In this document: positions 45,344 through 55,520 of the stretch, in pieces
How the letters are laid out: each line of letters begins with the position of its first letter
Numbering within the stretch: position 1 is the first letter of the stretch
NCBI GenBank assembly: GCA_043800345.1
Contig: JAZDNB010000035.1
Span: forward strand, 10,430-74,429
DNA: 64,000 nucleotides
Direction of reading: 5' to 3'
Source: Candidatus Omnitrophota bacterium
Lineage (GTDB): Bacteria > Omnitrophota > Gorgyraeia > VGKN01
The notes under the pieces: model-generated
What the model was told of the DNA's origin: nothing
The model's input: only the letters and a program-made list of their open reading frames with translations
Databases searched by the model: none
Made by a program: the position numbers and the translations under genes

Positions 45344-46393
45344 TCATCCTGGCTCTGAAACAATTTTATTTTTCTTTTTTTTAACCAATAAACTCTGCTC
45401 GTCTTCCATCTCTCCGATTATTTCTTCGGTCAAATCTTCCAAAGTAACAAGACCAAGAGTATGATTGTTATTGTCCGCCACTATGGCCATATGCATGCGT
45501 TTTTGTTGAAAATCTCTCAGTAACTCATTTACCTTCTTTGATTGATTAACAAAAAAAGGCGGATGGATGAGATCCTGGATTATGATAAGCTGCTTGTTTA
45601 ACCAGATATGCAAGAGATCGTGCGCATATATAACTCCGAAAATATTGTCAAGATCCCCTTTATAAACGGGGATGCGGGAATGGCCTTCTTCAACAAATAG
45701 GTTCAGAAGCTCATCGGGGGTAGCCTCTACGTTTACCGCAATAATATCTTTACGCAAGACCATTACCTCTGATACCACCATATCGCCGAATTGGAATATC
45801 CGATGCAACATCTTTCTTTCTTCGTCGAGAATAACACCTTCCTCTTTTCCTATTTCTATCATAAGCTTAAGCTCTTCTTCCGTAATCAGGGGGGAGCGTT
45901 TGGTTTTCTCTATGCCGAATAAACTTATGATAAAATTACTCAGTATAGTGAACAATTTTACGATAGGATTAAGCAAGCGTATCAACAGGTGCATAGGCCT
46001 TGCGGAAAACAAACTTACCTTATCTGCCCTGTGGACGGCGAATAGCTTGGGTGTTATCTCGCAAAATATAAGGATAAAGGTAGTAATAACAAGTGTGGAG
46101 AGCGCCACTATGAGAAAATGATTTCCGAAAAGAAAAATAAATATGGACGTACCGAGCGCCGAGATTGCTATATTGACAAAGTTATTACTTACGAGTATTG
46201 TAGCAATAAGCCTGTCAAGGTTCGTTATTAAGTCATAGGCAAGCTTTGCAAATTTAACTCTCTTATCAACGAGGTGACGCAGGCGAATTTTGGAGACGGC
46301 GATAAGCGCACTTTCTGCACTTGATAAAAATGCCGAGATTACAGCAAGTACGCCCATTATTATAAGAAGTACTAAAATTATATTAAACTGCAT
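45344..46393 (-). CDS. CNNM/hemolysin-family membrane protein (DUF21 + CBS pair)
   Basis: 349 aa. It has an N-terminal 4-TM DUF21 pattern followed by a CBS pair (VSEVMVLRKDIIAV...). No CorC_HlyC C-terminal domain is evident. Confidence 0.8.
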   Translation of the reverse strand: MQFNIILVLLIIMGVLAVISAFLSSAESALIAVSKIRLRHLVDKRVKFAKLAYDLITNLDRLIATILVSNNFVNIAISALGTSIFIFLFGNHFLIVALSTLVITTFILIFCEITPKLFAVHRADKVSLFSARPMHLLIRLLNPIVKLFTILSNFIISLFGIEKTKRSPLITEEELKLMIEIGKEEGVILDEERKMLHRIFQFGDMVVSEVMVLRKDIIAVNVEATPDELLNLFVEEGHSRIPVYKGDLDNIFGVIYAHDLLHIWLNKQLIIIQDLIHPPFFVNQSKKVNELLRDFQQKRMHMAIVADNNNHTLGLVTLEDLTEEIIGEMEDEQSLLVKKKKNKIVSEPG

Positions 46394-46479
46394 AGAATAT
46401 TAAATCATACCTCCTCGCGGTAACTCTAATAATAATACTGGCCGGTACTTTTCTGTATGCTATCGTACGATTAAAAAAA

Positions 46480-47049
46480 TTATCTATAGAGCCGTTTTTT
46501 TATAATATAATGCCATATGCTATCGGGGACAAGATATCTTATAGAAAGACCCTCTTTGATACGTTTTCTTATCTGAGACGAAGAAATCTCAATGGGTGTA
46601 ATAAGTACCAGTTCCGCCTCTTTAGGCAAACCTTTGACGGGGTATCCGGGCCTGTTTGCGACCACAAACTGCGAAAGCTTAAAGATATCGTTTATATCTT
46701 TCCAAGAAAAAAGTTCTCCCAGTGAATCAGAGCCGGTGATAAAGAAAAGTTTTGTAAATTTTCCAAATCGTTTTTTAAATTGTCTTAACGTGTCAATTGA
46801 ATACGACTTTCCTCTGCGCTTTAATTCTATGTCAGAGATTTCAAAATTAGGATTATCCTTAATTGCCAATTCGATGAGTCTATACCTATGATTGGGATCT
46901 ACTAAATCTTCATCGGATTTATGAGGGGGAATAAAGGTAGGAACAAATATGACCTTATCCAGACAAAGTTTCCCCAGGGCTTCCTCTGCAAGTATTAAAT
47001 GACCCGCATGTATGGGATTAAACGTTCCCCCGAGAATTCCTATGCGCAT
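46480..47049 (-). CDS. nadD: Nicotinate-nucleotide adenylyltransferase
   Basis: 189 aa. The N-terminus is MRIGILGGTFNPIHAGHL (HxGH nucleotidyltransferase motif). Confidence 0.9.
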   Translation of the reverse strand: MRIGILGGTFNPIHAGHLILAEEALGKLCLDKVIFVPTFIPPHKSDEDLVDPNHRYRLIELAIKDNPNFEISDIELKRRGKSYSIDTLRQFKKRFGKFTKLFFITGSDSLGELFSWKDINDIFKLSQFVVANRPGYPVKGLPKEAELVLITPIEISSSQIRKRIKEGLSIRYLVPDSIWHYIIKKRLYR

Positions 47050-47050
47050 A

Positions 47051-48316
47051 TTACTCCCTTACCTGACCGCTTCCAAATATGATATACTTATATGTCATAA
47101 GTTCCTTAAGTCCCATGGGTCCCCGCACATGCAGTTTCTCTGTACTTATTCCTATCTCGGCACCAAAGCCGAATTGTCCGCCGTCAGTAAAACGCGTCGA
47201 GGCATTAACGTATACGCACGCAGAATCAACCTTATGCAAAAATTCCATTGCATGTTCATAGTGATTGGTAACAATGGCATCGGAATGGCTTGAACCGTAT
47301 TTTGTAATATGCGAGATAGCCTCATCAAGGTTATCCACAATTTTTATCGATAAAATTAGATCAAGATATTCTTCATACCAATCCGCCTCTTTTGCCTCTT
47401 TAATCCCTTTTAAAATTTTTCTGGTTTTTGCACAACCGCGTAATTCGACATTCGCCTTTTTATATAGCGCGGCGGTAAGAGGAAGAAACCTGGACGCAAT
47501 ATCTTTATGAACCAACAATGTCTCCATCGCATTGCATACGCCGGGTCTTTGAACCTTTGCATTATAGCAAATGTTAAGTGCCATATCTACTGAGGCATAT
47601 TTATCAACATAGGTATGACATACCCCCTTATAGTGTTTAATTACGGGAATTTTTGCGCTTTGAGCGATTTCATTAATCAATGATTCGCCGCCGCGGGGGA
47701 TACACAAATCGATATATTCGGTAAGCGAAAGAAGTTCACCAATAATTTTTCTATCTTTTGTCATCACCATATTTATAGCACCGCTGGGAAAACCTGCTTT
47801 TTCCGATACGCTGCTTAACGTTTTATATATAGCAATATTTGAATTAAGGGCCTCGCTGCCGCCTCTTAAGATAAGGGCATTACCGGATTTAAGGCACAGG
47901 CCTATGCAATCGCTGGTTACATTAGGCCTTGCTTCATAAATTATTAGGATAACGCCTATGGGTATCCTGAGTTTTCCTATCTTGAGGCCGTTCGGCCTTT
48001 GACGCATCTCGATTATTTCGCCGAGGGGGTTATCCAAAGCGGCTATTTCTCTCAAGCTATTGCTCATAGTTATAATCCGGGATTTATCCAATATGAGTCT
48101 GTCGATAAGAGCTTTTGAAAGTTTTTTTGCCCCTGCCTCTTTGATATCTTTGGCATTTTCTTTAATGATATAATCGCGGGTTTTTAAGAGCAGATCGGCC
48201 ATAGCCTGCAAAACCGCATCTTTCTTAGAGGCAGACATACCGGACAACTTCCCTTTTGCTTCCCTGGCGCGGCTTGCTATTTTTATGGCTTCATTGTATA
48301 TGGAGTATACGGGCAT
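47051..48316 (-). CDS. proA: Glutamate-5-semialdehyde dehydrogenase
   Basis: 421 aa. It is aldehyde-dehydrogenase-like with ProA patterns (YEARPNVT, CNAMETLLVH) and is adjacent to proB. Confidence 0.9.
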   Translation of the reverse strand: MPVYSIYNEAIKIASRAREAKGKLSGMSASKKDAVLQAMADLLLKTRDYIIKENAKDIKEAGAKKLSKALIDRLILDKSRIITMSNSLREIAALDNPLGEIIEMRQRPNGLKIGKLRIPIGVILIIYEARPNVTSDCIGLCLKSGNALILRGGSEALNSNIAIYKTLSSVSEKAGFPSGAINMVMTKDRKIIGELLSLTEYIDLCIPRGGESLINEIAQSAKIPVIKHYKGVCHTYVDKYASVDMALNICYNAKVQRPGVCNAMETLLVHKDIASRFLPLTAALYKKANVELRGCAKTRKILKGIKEAKEADWYEEYLDLILSIKIVDNLDEAISHITKYGSSHSDAIVTNHYEHAMEFLHKVDSACVYVNASTRFTDGGQFGFGAEIGISTEKLHVRGPMGLKELMTYKYIIFGSGQVRE

Positions 48317-48332
48317 TTCTCTCCCCTTTTTA

Positions 48333-49430
48333 TTAAAGTATAACCAGGTTATCCCTGTGAATTACCTCATCATAATATTTATAGCCTAATGTTTTTTCAA
48401 TAAGGCTTGAATTTAACCCTTTTATTTTCTTTATTTCTTCTGTCGAATAGTTAGTAAGGCCTCGGGCATATTCCCTGCCTTTTATATCTACGATGCTTAC
48501 TATATCTCCTGTTTTAAAATCTCCCTTGGATTCTACTATACCGCTTGAAAGAAGGCTTTTGCCCTTGCTCAATAAGGCGATCTTTGCGCCCTCATCAACA
48601 ACAAGCTGACCGGATGTCCTTGAACCATAGGCGATCCAGCGCTTTTTAGAATCTAACTTTGCTTTTGGCAGGAAAAGGGTTCCCGTTTCGCCTTCGCGCA
48701 AAATTTTTATAAGTACGTTGCCAGTAGCTCCGTTATGTACCACTACGGATATACCTGAATTAGTCGCAATTTTTGCCGCTTCTATTTTCGAGGACATGCC
48801 CCCCACGCTTATTTCTTTTGTCGTACCGCAGGCAAGCGCTTCGATAGCGGGGGTAATTCTCTCTACGACCTTAATTAAGCCGGATCCCTTGGCATACAAA
48901 CCGTCCACATCGGACAATATGATAAGTAGTTGCGCATCGGCGAGATTGGCAACCAGGCTGGACAAGTAGTCATTATCACCAAATTTTATTTCATCTACGG
49001 AAACGGTATCGTTTTCATTCACAATGGGAACGACGCCACGGCGTAAAAGCGCATTCAGCGTATTTCTTGCATTGAGATATCTTTTTCTATTTATAAGATC
49101 ATCTTTTGTAAGTAATATCTGGGCCACCTTGATGCCTACTGCGCCAAAGGCTTTTTCCCACATCCTCATAAGTACATTCTGTCCGACCGCTGCCGTTGCC
49201 TGCAATAAAGGAAGGTCTTTCGGCCTGTTTTTTAAACCTAATATATCCATTCCGGCACATATAGCACCTGAGCTCACAACGATAACTTCGATTTTTTCTT
49301 TTAAAAGTTGAGCTACTTGACCCGATAAGTTATTAAAACACGCCTGGTTTAATTTATTTTTTTCGCTCATAACGCTGGTGCCTATCTTTACGATAAGTCT
49401 TTTTACATCCTTAAACAAATTATATTTCAA
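48333..49430 (-). CDS. proB: Glutamate 5-kinase (with PUA domain)
   Basis: 365 aa. It has LIVKIGTSV, VVSSGAI, FGDNDYLS and a C-terminal PUA-like region. Confidence 0.9.
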   Translation of the reverse strand: MKYNLFKDVKRLIVKIGTSVMSEKNKLNQACFNNLSGQVAQLLKEKIEVIVVSSGAICAGMDILGLKNRPKDLPLLQATAAVGQNVLMRMWEKAFGAVGIKVAQILLTKDDLINRKRYLNARNTLNALLRRGVVPIVNENDTVSVDEIKFGDNDYLSSLVANLADAQLLIILSDVDGLYAKGSGLIKVVERITPAIEALACGTTKEISVGGMSSKIEAAKIATNSGISVVVHNGATGNVLIKILREGETGTLFLPKAKLDSKKRWIAYGSRTSGQLVVDEGAKIALLSKGKSLLSSGIVESKGDFKTGDIVSIVDIKGREYARGLTNYSTEEIKKIKGLNSSLIEKTLGYKYYDEVIHRDNLVIL

Positions 49431-49431
49431 T

Positions 49432-50403
49432 TTATCCTGCCTTTTTTAATCTAAGAAAAATTGCCTTTAATAAATTGTCTATACCTTCTCCGGTTGTACA
49501 CGATATAGGAAATATCGTCTTTTTTATCTTGGTCTTAAATCTAATAAGATTTTCTCCTGAGGTATCTATATCCATCTTATTTGCAACCACAAGCTGAGGT
49601 TTATCGGCCAAAGATTTATCGTACAGAAGGAGTTCTTTGTTCAAAGAGTTAAAATCTGCTATGGGATCTCTACCGCTTAAGCCGGACATGTCTATCATAT
49701 GTACAAGAAGATTAGTCCGTTCGATATGCCTAAGAAATTCATATCCAAGGCCCTTGCCGGCATGCGCATCTTCTATCAGGCCCGGTATATCCGCAACTAC
49801 AAATTCACCTTTTTCATAACACGTAACTACTCCAAGTACCGGACTCTTCGTAGTAAACGGATAATTCGCAACCTTGGACTTTGCATGTGAGATGCGGTTA
49901 ATAAGAGAAGACTTTCCTACATTAGGGTATCCTATAATGCCTACGTCGGCTAAAAGTTTAAGCTCTAGAAGTATTTCTCTTTCCTCGCCTTCGTGACCCA
50001 TTTCAGCGGTGCGTACAACACTATTTCCTCTCCCGCCTCTTCCGCCTTTGGCTACCAGCACTTCTTCTTCGGGTTTAGTAATATCTCTTATTAACAAACC
50101 TGTTAGAGAATCTCTGAGTATGGTTCCTACGGGGATGAGTATTACGCACAGTGCGCCGTTTTCACCGCGTCTTTTGTTTCCCGATCCATGTCGTCCGCCT
50201 TGTGCGCGGAAATGTTGCCTGTATTTAAAATCTAGGAGCGTTAATAAATCTTTACTTGACTTAATCACTACATCGCCGCCATCACCGCCGTGACCTCCGT
50301 CCGGCCGGGGATAGCGGGTATATTTGTCCTTATAAAAACTATTACAGCCCTTACCTCCGCTGCCTGCTTTAACAAAAATCTTAGCCCTGTCAACAAACAT
50401 CAA
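49432..50403 (-). CDS. obgE: GTPase Obg
   Basis: 323 aa. It has FVDRAKIFVKAGSGGKG, a Gly-rich Obg fold (GGHGGDGGDV) and G motifs (GYPNVGKSSL, DIPGLIE, NKMD). Confidence 0.9.
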   Translation of the reverse strand: MMFVDRAKIFVKAGSGGKGCNSFYKDKYTRYPRPDGGHGGDGGDVVIKSSKDLLTLLDFKYRQHFRAQGGRHGSGNKRRGENGALCVILIPVGTILRDSLTGLLIRDITKPEEEVLVAKGGRGGRGNSVVRTAEMGHEGEEREILLELKLLADVGIIGYPNVGKSSLINRISHAKSKVANYPFTTKSPVLGVVTCYEKGEFVVADIPGLIEDAHAGKGLGYEFLRHIERTNLLVHMIDMSGLSGRDPIADFNSLNKELLLYDKSLADKPQLVVANKMDIDTSGENLIRFKTKIKKTIFPISCTTGEGIDNLLKAIFLRLKKAG

Positions 50404-50460
50404 TTAACCATTATGATACTGCACAACCAGCCTCCGCAGTATTTTCTTTATCGATAGCTA

Positions 50461-50718
50461 TTAACTTTTCGTCTCCTGGCGCGGGATGACGCTGATAAAC
50501 CGCGATCTATTAAAAGTAACCATACCGTCTCTTGAGGCATATAAGGTATAATCTCTGCCTATTCCGACGTTCGGACCGGGTTTGAATTTGGTGCCTTTCT
50601 GCCTTAACAGTATGGACCCAGCAACAACGAATTCGCCCCCATAGTGCTTTATGCCGAGATATTTGGGATTTGAATCCCTACCGTTTTTTGCGCTTCCCGA
50701 GCTTCTTTTATGTGCCAT
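50461..50718 (-). CDS. rpmA: 50S ribosomal protein L27
   Basis: The true start is [24 protein letters not shown] at 50718. The track ORF is extended upstream to 50802. Confidence 0.9.
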   Translation of the reverse strand: MAHKRSSGSAKNGRDSNPKYLGIKHYGGEFVVAGSILLRQKGTKFKPGPNVGIGRDYTLYASRDGMVTFNRSRFISVIPRQETKS

Positions 50719-50810
50719 GTGTTTTACTCCTTTTCTAACACCTTTTGCCTCAACGGATAAATACACAGACGCAGGATAATTGAGCGTTACCATAATACGC
50801 ACGCTATGGG

Positions 50811-51125
50811 CTATGGGATAACAATCTTCTCGATGCGTAACCGCAAAAGGTGTTGGCGATGACCGGTTTTTTTCTTTGACGCTTTTCTTCTTCTGAATTT
50901 AAATATTATGCTTTTTTTTGATTTTACGGTTCCGACTTTGTGGCAGATCACGTGGGCATCCTTAAGAAACGGTTTTCCTATAAGTACCTTATCTGCTTCG
51001 CACGCCAGAAGAACCTTATCGAGGGTTATCTTCTCGCCTTCCGGGGAAAGAATAAGTTCTACGTCGATTACATCGTTTTCATTAATCTTGTATTGTTTTC
51101 CGCCTGTTTCAACAACCGCGTACAT
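50811..51125 (-). CDS. rplU: 50S ribosomal protein L21
   Basis: 104 aa. It begins [14 protein letters not shown] and has a basic C-terminus. Confidence 0.9.
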   Translation of the reverse strand: MYAVVETGGKQYKINENDVIDVELILSPEGEKITLDKVLLACEADKVLIGKPFLKDAHVICHKVGTVKSKKSIIFKFRRRKASKKKTGHRQHLLRLRIEKIVIP

Positions 51126-51159
51126 ATAAACCTCCGATTTTTTGAAAAAAAGTTACATT

Positions 51160-51188
51160 AAAATAGCATAAGAACGTCATCATGTCAA
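51160..51188 (-). promoter_or_regulatory. Candidate sigma70-type promoter for rplU-rpmA
   Basis: The minus strand reads TTGACA (51188-51183), a 17-nt spacer, then TATTTT (51165-51160). Confidence 0.4.
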
Positions 51189-51203
51189 TATAATCATATA
51201 AGA

Positions 51204-52709
51204 CTAAGAAACTTCTATGCTTATATCCTCAACATGTCTTTTTGAATCACTATTTATTACAATCTTTGACCTATACCTCTCTTCTAGATACGATATAGCG
51301 GAACGCTGTTCGTTTAATAATTTCCAAGCCACGTCAGGATGAACAGAGAGACAGGCGCTTGAACGTCTGTGCAAATCTTTCAAAACATTTTTTACCTTGC
51401 GTATTGCTAAAATTGAAACCGTAAGAGCACTTTTTATGGAACCTCTTCCCTTGCAGTATCTGCACGCCTCGTACATTTTGCTCTCAATCGAACTCCTTAT
51501 CCGCTGGCGCGTCATTTGAATAAGCCCTATCTCCGATACGGGTAACACGCGGGTCCGTGCCCTATCAAACTTCAAAACTTCCAAGAATTTCTGATAAACC
51601 CTATTCCTGTGGGATTCTTTGTCCATGTCAATAAAATCTATGATTATGATACCGCCAAGGTCTCTCATCCTTATCTGTTTGGCAATTTCGTCTGCAGCTT
51701 CCATATTGACATTAAAGACAGTATCCTCTAAATTTTTCTTACCCACAAATTTTCCGGAATTCACGTCTATTGCCGCAAGGCCTTCCGTAGGTTCGATCAC
51801 TACGTAACCGCCCGATTTAAGGTCAACCCTGGTTTGGTAAAGCTTATCTACTTGTTGCTCTACAGAGAATTTTTCAAATACATCTTCATTGCCCAGATAT
51901 AATATGACTTTTTTCTTCAGATGGGGGCACAATATGTGTACAAAATGCATAATCCTTTTAAACTGCTCCTTGGAATTAACAACAAATTTATCCACATCTT
52001 CCGTAAACGAATCTCTGATGGTTCTCAAAATTATATCATACTCTTTATGCAGTAAAACAGGTGCGGTTTTAGAACTCGAGAGCGTCTTTATGTTCTTCCA
52101 AAGGTTTAAAAGATACCGTAAGTCTCTTTGAAATTCTATTTTACCTTTACCCAGGCCGGCCGTCCTGACGATAAACCCCATTCCTGCAGGCACCTCCAGG
52201 ATTTCCAGGATATCTTTAATCCTCCTTCTCTCTCTTTCGTCATCTATCCTTCTTGATATTCCAAAATGGGCCTGATGCGGCGTGAGTACCATATATCTGC
52301 CCGGAAGACTTACGTTGGTCGTAATTCTCGGCCCTTTTACGCCGTATGGTTCCTTCACAACCTGCATAATTAATTCCTGGCCGGTTTTTAAAGCATCACT
52401 TATCTTCTGCTGGTTTTGGCCTTTTTTATTCCTCGTAAACATATCCGTATCTAAAAGATGAGGTTCGTCCTCCAGGACAAAAGGGCTTATTTTTTCCGAT
52501 GTAATCAAAAACCCATTTTTATGTATCCCTATATCGATGAACGCACCCGCTATGCCGGGAAGTATGGTTTTTACTTTTCCTTTATAGATATTACCGACCA
52601 ATCCTTCGGCCTCTCCTCTTTCTATATAAAATTCTTCTAAGACTCCGTTATTTAATATGGCAACCCTTGTTTCTTGGAATTCCTTATTCACTATAATCTC
52701 TTTTTTCAT
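51204..52709 (-). CDS. rng: Ribonuclease G/E family (Rne/Rng)
   Basis: 501 aa. It has an S1 domain (GNIYKGKVKTILPGIAGAFIDIG), the catalytic region (IDVNSGKF, GGIIIIDFIDM) and a Zn-link-like CRYCKGRG. Confidence 0.9.
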   Translation of the reverse strand: MKKEIIVNKEFQETRVAILNNGVLEEFYIERGEAEGLVGNIYKGKVKTILPGIAGAFIDIGIHKNGFLITSEKISPFVLEDEPHLLDTDMFTRNKKGQNQQKISDALKTGQELIMQVVKEPYGVKGPRITTNVSLPGRYMVLTPHQAHFGISRRIDDERERRRIKDILEILEVPAGMGFIVRTAGLGKGKIEFQRDLRYLLNLWKNIKTLSSSKTAPVLLHKEYDIILRTIRDSFTEDVDKFVVNSKEQFKRIMHFVHILCPHLKKKVILYLGNEDVFEKFSVEQQVDKLYQTRVDLKSGGYVVIEPTEGLAAIDVNSGKFVGKKNLEDTVFNVNMEAADEIAKQIRMRDLGGIIIIDFIDMDKESHRNRVYQKFLEVLKFDRARTRVLPVSEIGLIQMTRQRIRSSIESKMYEACRYCKGRGSIKSALTVSILAIRKVKNVLKDLHRRSSACLSVHPDVAWKLLNEQRSAISYLEERYRSKIVINSDSKRHVEDISIEVS

Positions 52710-52797
52710 CTTGACCTCAGGTTATAACCAAAAGTAAAAAATTCTATTTCATGAGATGGTATGTTATATCACCTATGCTATTACTACGGCGTATACA

Positions 52798-53133
52798 TTA
52801 AAGGCCGTGGTTCTTTGCGGTAGAGGGAACTTCTTCTATAGTCTTTAGTGCTATACCGCGGGGTAGCCCGGCTTCAAATCTTTGTTTAAAATCATCCAAA
52901 GGCATAGGGGCAGAAAGCACGATAGTCACATATTCACTTTCAGATTCGTTGCCTAATTTCAAGGCACGCTTGAAGAAGATTAACGGATGGGGGCTAAATC
53001 CTTCCGATAACTTAAACGGTATGGACCCGCGCCGCAATGCCCTTTCAAAAAGCCTAAGTAAGTCAAGGTGGGAAATAAATTTAATCCATGACTGTTTAGC
53101 AAATTCTATTTTTATTCTGTAGGTATTGTTCAT
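52798..53133 (-). CDS. Radical SAM-associated protein, DUF2344/TIGR03936-like, short (111 aa)
   Basis: YRIKIEFAKQSWIKFISHLDLLRLFERALRRGSIPFKLSEGFSPHP matches the DUF2344 N-terminal signature. It is only about half the length I recall for the family. Its start ATG overlaps the pilQ stop (ATGA). Confidence 0.7.
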   Translation of the reverse strand: MNNTYRIKIEFAKQSWIKFISHLDLLRLFERALRRGSIPFKLSEGFSPHPLIFFKRALKLGNESESEYVTIVLSAPMPLDDFKQRFEAGLPRGIALKTIEEVPSTAKNHGL

Positions 53134-54596
53134 TTTGTAACGTTAGTTTTAGCGTTTGATTTTTTCTTCCCTTGGGCAGGCTCCATTTCTCTTTCAAAAC
53201 GCAGTGCCTTCATAGGTTTAGTATCTATATATTCGCTCTTGAGCTCTTCCTGAGGAACTCCTTCCTTGACAATCCTGGGTGTTATAAAAACCAAGAGGTC
53301 CGTCTTGGTGACAGATTTAGATTTTTGCCCGAAGAAAAAACCAAGCAGCGGTATATCTTTTAAAACAGGCACCCCCGTTCTTGAATCAGTAAGATTCTCC
53401 TTTATAAGCCCTCCGATTACAATAGTGTAACCATCCTTAATCATCACTTCTGTAGTTGCCTCTCTTGTTGATATGATAGGAACGCGTATGTCCTCGGTAA
53501 GATTTTCCCATCTCAAAAGTTCGCTTACCTCGGGATGCAAGTTTGCTACTATATAACCCTGTTCGTTAATTGTGGGCGTCACGGTAAGTTCTATTCCGAT
53601 ATTTCGTTCGGTATATCCCGTTATTTCCATCTGCCCCGTATTGGTATTTCTTTCATATTTAGGGATATAGAGTACCTCGCCTACCAGTATATTCGCTTCT
53701 TTACCGTTTAAGGTAGCAACCCTTGGGTTGGAAATAATCTTGGAATCGCCCGTCGTCTTTAATATCTCGAATACTGCCTGGGCAGTTGAAAAATCCAATG
53801 TCCCAAAAGTGAAATTGGTCGCCAGCGTATAGGGAAACTTGGTATTAGAATCAATCGGAAAAGCCGGTTCCGTTACCGCGGGGTCTCCGAGGGGGTAATA
53901 TGTACCTCCGCTTTGCTTATGGTTAAAGGGAAACGTGGTAGGACGTTTCGAACCTACGGCGGTCACCCGTGTCGCCCAGTCTATGCCGAGCGTTTCTTCG
54001 GAAGAGAGCGTGGTTTCTATGATTTTTGCCTCAATCATTACCTGCGGAGTCTTACTATCAATCCTTGAAATTACTTCTTTTATCTTAACCAAATTGGTGG
54101 GGATATCGGTTACGATTAACACATTTGACCTTGTATCAACATTAATCTTCCCCCGTTCGCTTAACATATCTTGTACGGATTTACTTATACTCTCTGCTTT
54201 TGCAAAATTGAGCAGAAATACCTCCGTAGTTACATTCTCCGCTTTTAACGCCTCCCTGGTGGTTACCCTAACAATATCCCCGTCCCTCACATAGGCATAG
54301 CCGTATGCCTTTAAAAGTTCATCCAGGGCCTTTTCCCAGGGTATGTTCGTTACCTTAAACGTAACGGCACCGGTTACGTCTTTACCCGCAATTATACTGA
54401 CTCCCACCTTCGTCGCAATCGCCTCCAGCACTTGCCGGATATCGGCATCCTTAAAGTTCATAGTAATACTGTTTGATGTTGTATCAATCCCAACCGCCGG
54501 GGCCGGAATATCTTCCGAGAAACCTATAGTACAGAAGAGAAGTATGAAAACAAAACATATACAGAACCTACTCTGTTTTTTCATTCTTTTTTCCAT
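53130..54596 (-). CDS. pilQ: Type IV pilus secretin PilQ
   Basis: 488 aa. It has a signal peptide, N-domains and the secretin C-terminus VPVLKDIPLLGFFFGQKS...LLVFITPRIV. It is the last gene of pilMNOPQ. Confidence 0.9.
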   Translation of the reverse strand: MEKRMKKQSRFCICFVFILLFCTIGFSEDIPAPAVGIDTTSNSITMNFKDADIRQVLEAIATKVGVSIIAGKDVTGAVTFKVTNIPWEKALDELLKAYGYAYVRDGDIVRVTTREALKAENVTTEVFLLNFAKAESISKSVQDMLSERGKINVDTRSNVLIVTDIPTNLVKIKEVISRIDSKTPQVMIEAKIIETTLSSEETLGIDWATRVTAVGSKRPTTFPFNHKQSGGTYYPLGDPAVTEPAFPIDSNTKFPYTLATNFTFGTLDFSTAQAVFEILKTTGDSKIISNPRVATLNGKEANILVGEVLYIPKYERNTNTGQMEITGYTERNIGIELTVTPTINEQGYIVANLHPEVSELLRWENLTEDIRVPIISTREATTEVMIKDGYTIVIGGLIKENLTDSRTGVPVLKDIPLLGFFFGQKSKSVTKTDLLVFITPRIVKEGVPQEELKSEYIDTKPMKALRFEREMEPAQGKKKSNAKTNVTK

Positions 54597-54951
54597 TATC
54601 TTTCACCTCCCTAAATTCAACATTAAACTCTTTATTATGGCAGAGGAGTATAACAGAGTCGGTATTAATTTTTATCACTTTGAAATCTTCGTACTGTTCT
54701 CCTTCCTTAAGCACAGTTCCGTTAATAATGCACGTAGAGCCCCCCTGTGCATCATGTACAATCCCTTCAAGTTTAACCTCTCCCAGTACGCCGGGCACCG
54801 AGAACATTTTTCCGTCTTTAGTAATATACGGCACAAACGGGTCTCGCTTATCGCTAGAGTTATATATGAATCTGCTCTCTTCGGAATAGCTTAACGTGAA
54901 AGTTGCAAATAATAGAGCACCGAAGAAAACAAGAAAAATATGATACCTCAT
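54568..54951 (-). CDS. pilP: PilP-like pilus assembly protein
   Basis: 127 aa. It has a signal peptide, the RDPF motif and a beta-domain (LEGIVHDAQGGSTCIINGTVLKEGEQYEDFKVIKI). It lies between pilO and pilQ. Confidence 0.7.
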   Translation of the reverse strand: MRYHIFLVFFGALLFATFTLSYSEESRFIYNSSDKRDPFVPYITKDGKMFSVPGVLGEVKLEGIVHDAQGGSTCIINGTVLKEGEQYEDFKVIKINTDSVILLCHNKEFNVEFREVKDNGKKNEKTE

Positions 54952-55520
54952 TGCACCATCTCCTTAGGTGCAAAACTGACAAATATAAGTCTGATTTTAT
55001 GCATGGAGGGCGAACTGTCATCTTCTTCAATATTCAATGAAACAAGCTTAATGAATTCGTCCATATTTTCAAGTTCATTTATCAATGCCCCCGCTTGATG
55101 AAAACCACCCAGCGCCTCGATTTGGAAAGGAAGAATTTCATATAACCTTTTTGGCTGTTTCTTTGATGCCGCTTCACTTGCTACAACAAGCGGTTTTATG
55201 CCTATAATTTTTACGTCTAATTTTTTTGCGATATTTGAAAATTTAGAAACAAAATTCGGGACATCCTTTGAATTTATAAGGTTGCGCTCAAAGGCCTTAC
55301 CCTCGTTTTTTAAGGTCTCTATCTTCTTACTATAGCCATCTATAGCCCGAAGCTGGGTTTGCATATCCATCATATTCGATTTTAAGGATTTCTCCTTGGA
55401 TTTTAAATCCAGCAGTTTTGAGATACTCGGCTTTATTAAAAAATTCACATAGAGCATAGAAACGATAATGACTGCGGCAATTTTTATATATTTTTTGTTA
55501 TAGGTTATGTCCTGACTCAT
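54948..55520 (-). CDS. pilO: PilO
   Basis: 190 aa. It has one TM, a coiled coil and the PilO-like LPFQIEALGGFHQAGALINELENMDEFIKL. It has 4-nt overlaps with both neighbours. Confidence 0.75.
   Translation of the reverse strand: MSQDITYNKKYIKIAAVIIVSMLYVNFLIKPSISKLLDLKSKEKSLKSNMMDMQTQLRAIDGYSKKIETLKNEGKAFERNLINSKDVPNFVSKFSNIAKKLDVKIIGIKPLVVASEAASKKQPKRLYEILPFQIEALGGFHQAGALINELENMDEFIKLVSLNIEEDDSSPSMHKIRLIFVSFAPKEMVQ

Noticed and set aside
50719-50802. N-terminal extension of the L27 ORF, and the possibility of a Prp (ysxB) protease gene between rplU and rpmA
   Set aside because: L27 starts canonically at MAHKRSSGS (50718) with no cleavable propeptide. The rplU-rpmA gap is only 92 nt, too small for a Prp gene.
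54343-54894. Long plus-strand ORFs, for example 54343-54894 (183 aa), 58071-58613 (180 aa), 21070-21585 (171 aa), 59582-60103 (173 aa), 62115-62588 (157 aa) and 45672-46121 (149 aa)
   Set aside because: All lie antisense to well-supported minus-strand genes (pilQ/pilP, pilC, PilB/GspE paralogues, CNNM). Their translations are low-complexity Ser/Ile/Leu-rich with no motifs and no SD sequences. They are typical shadow ORFs of AT-rich coding sequence.
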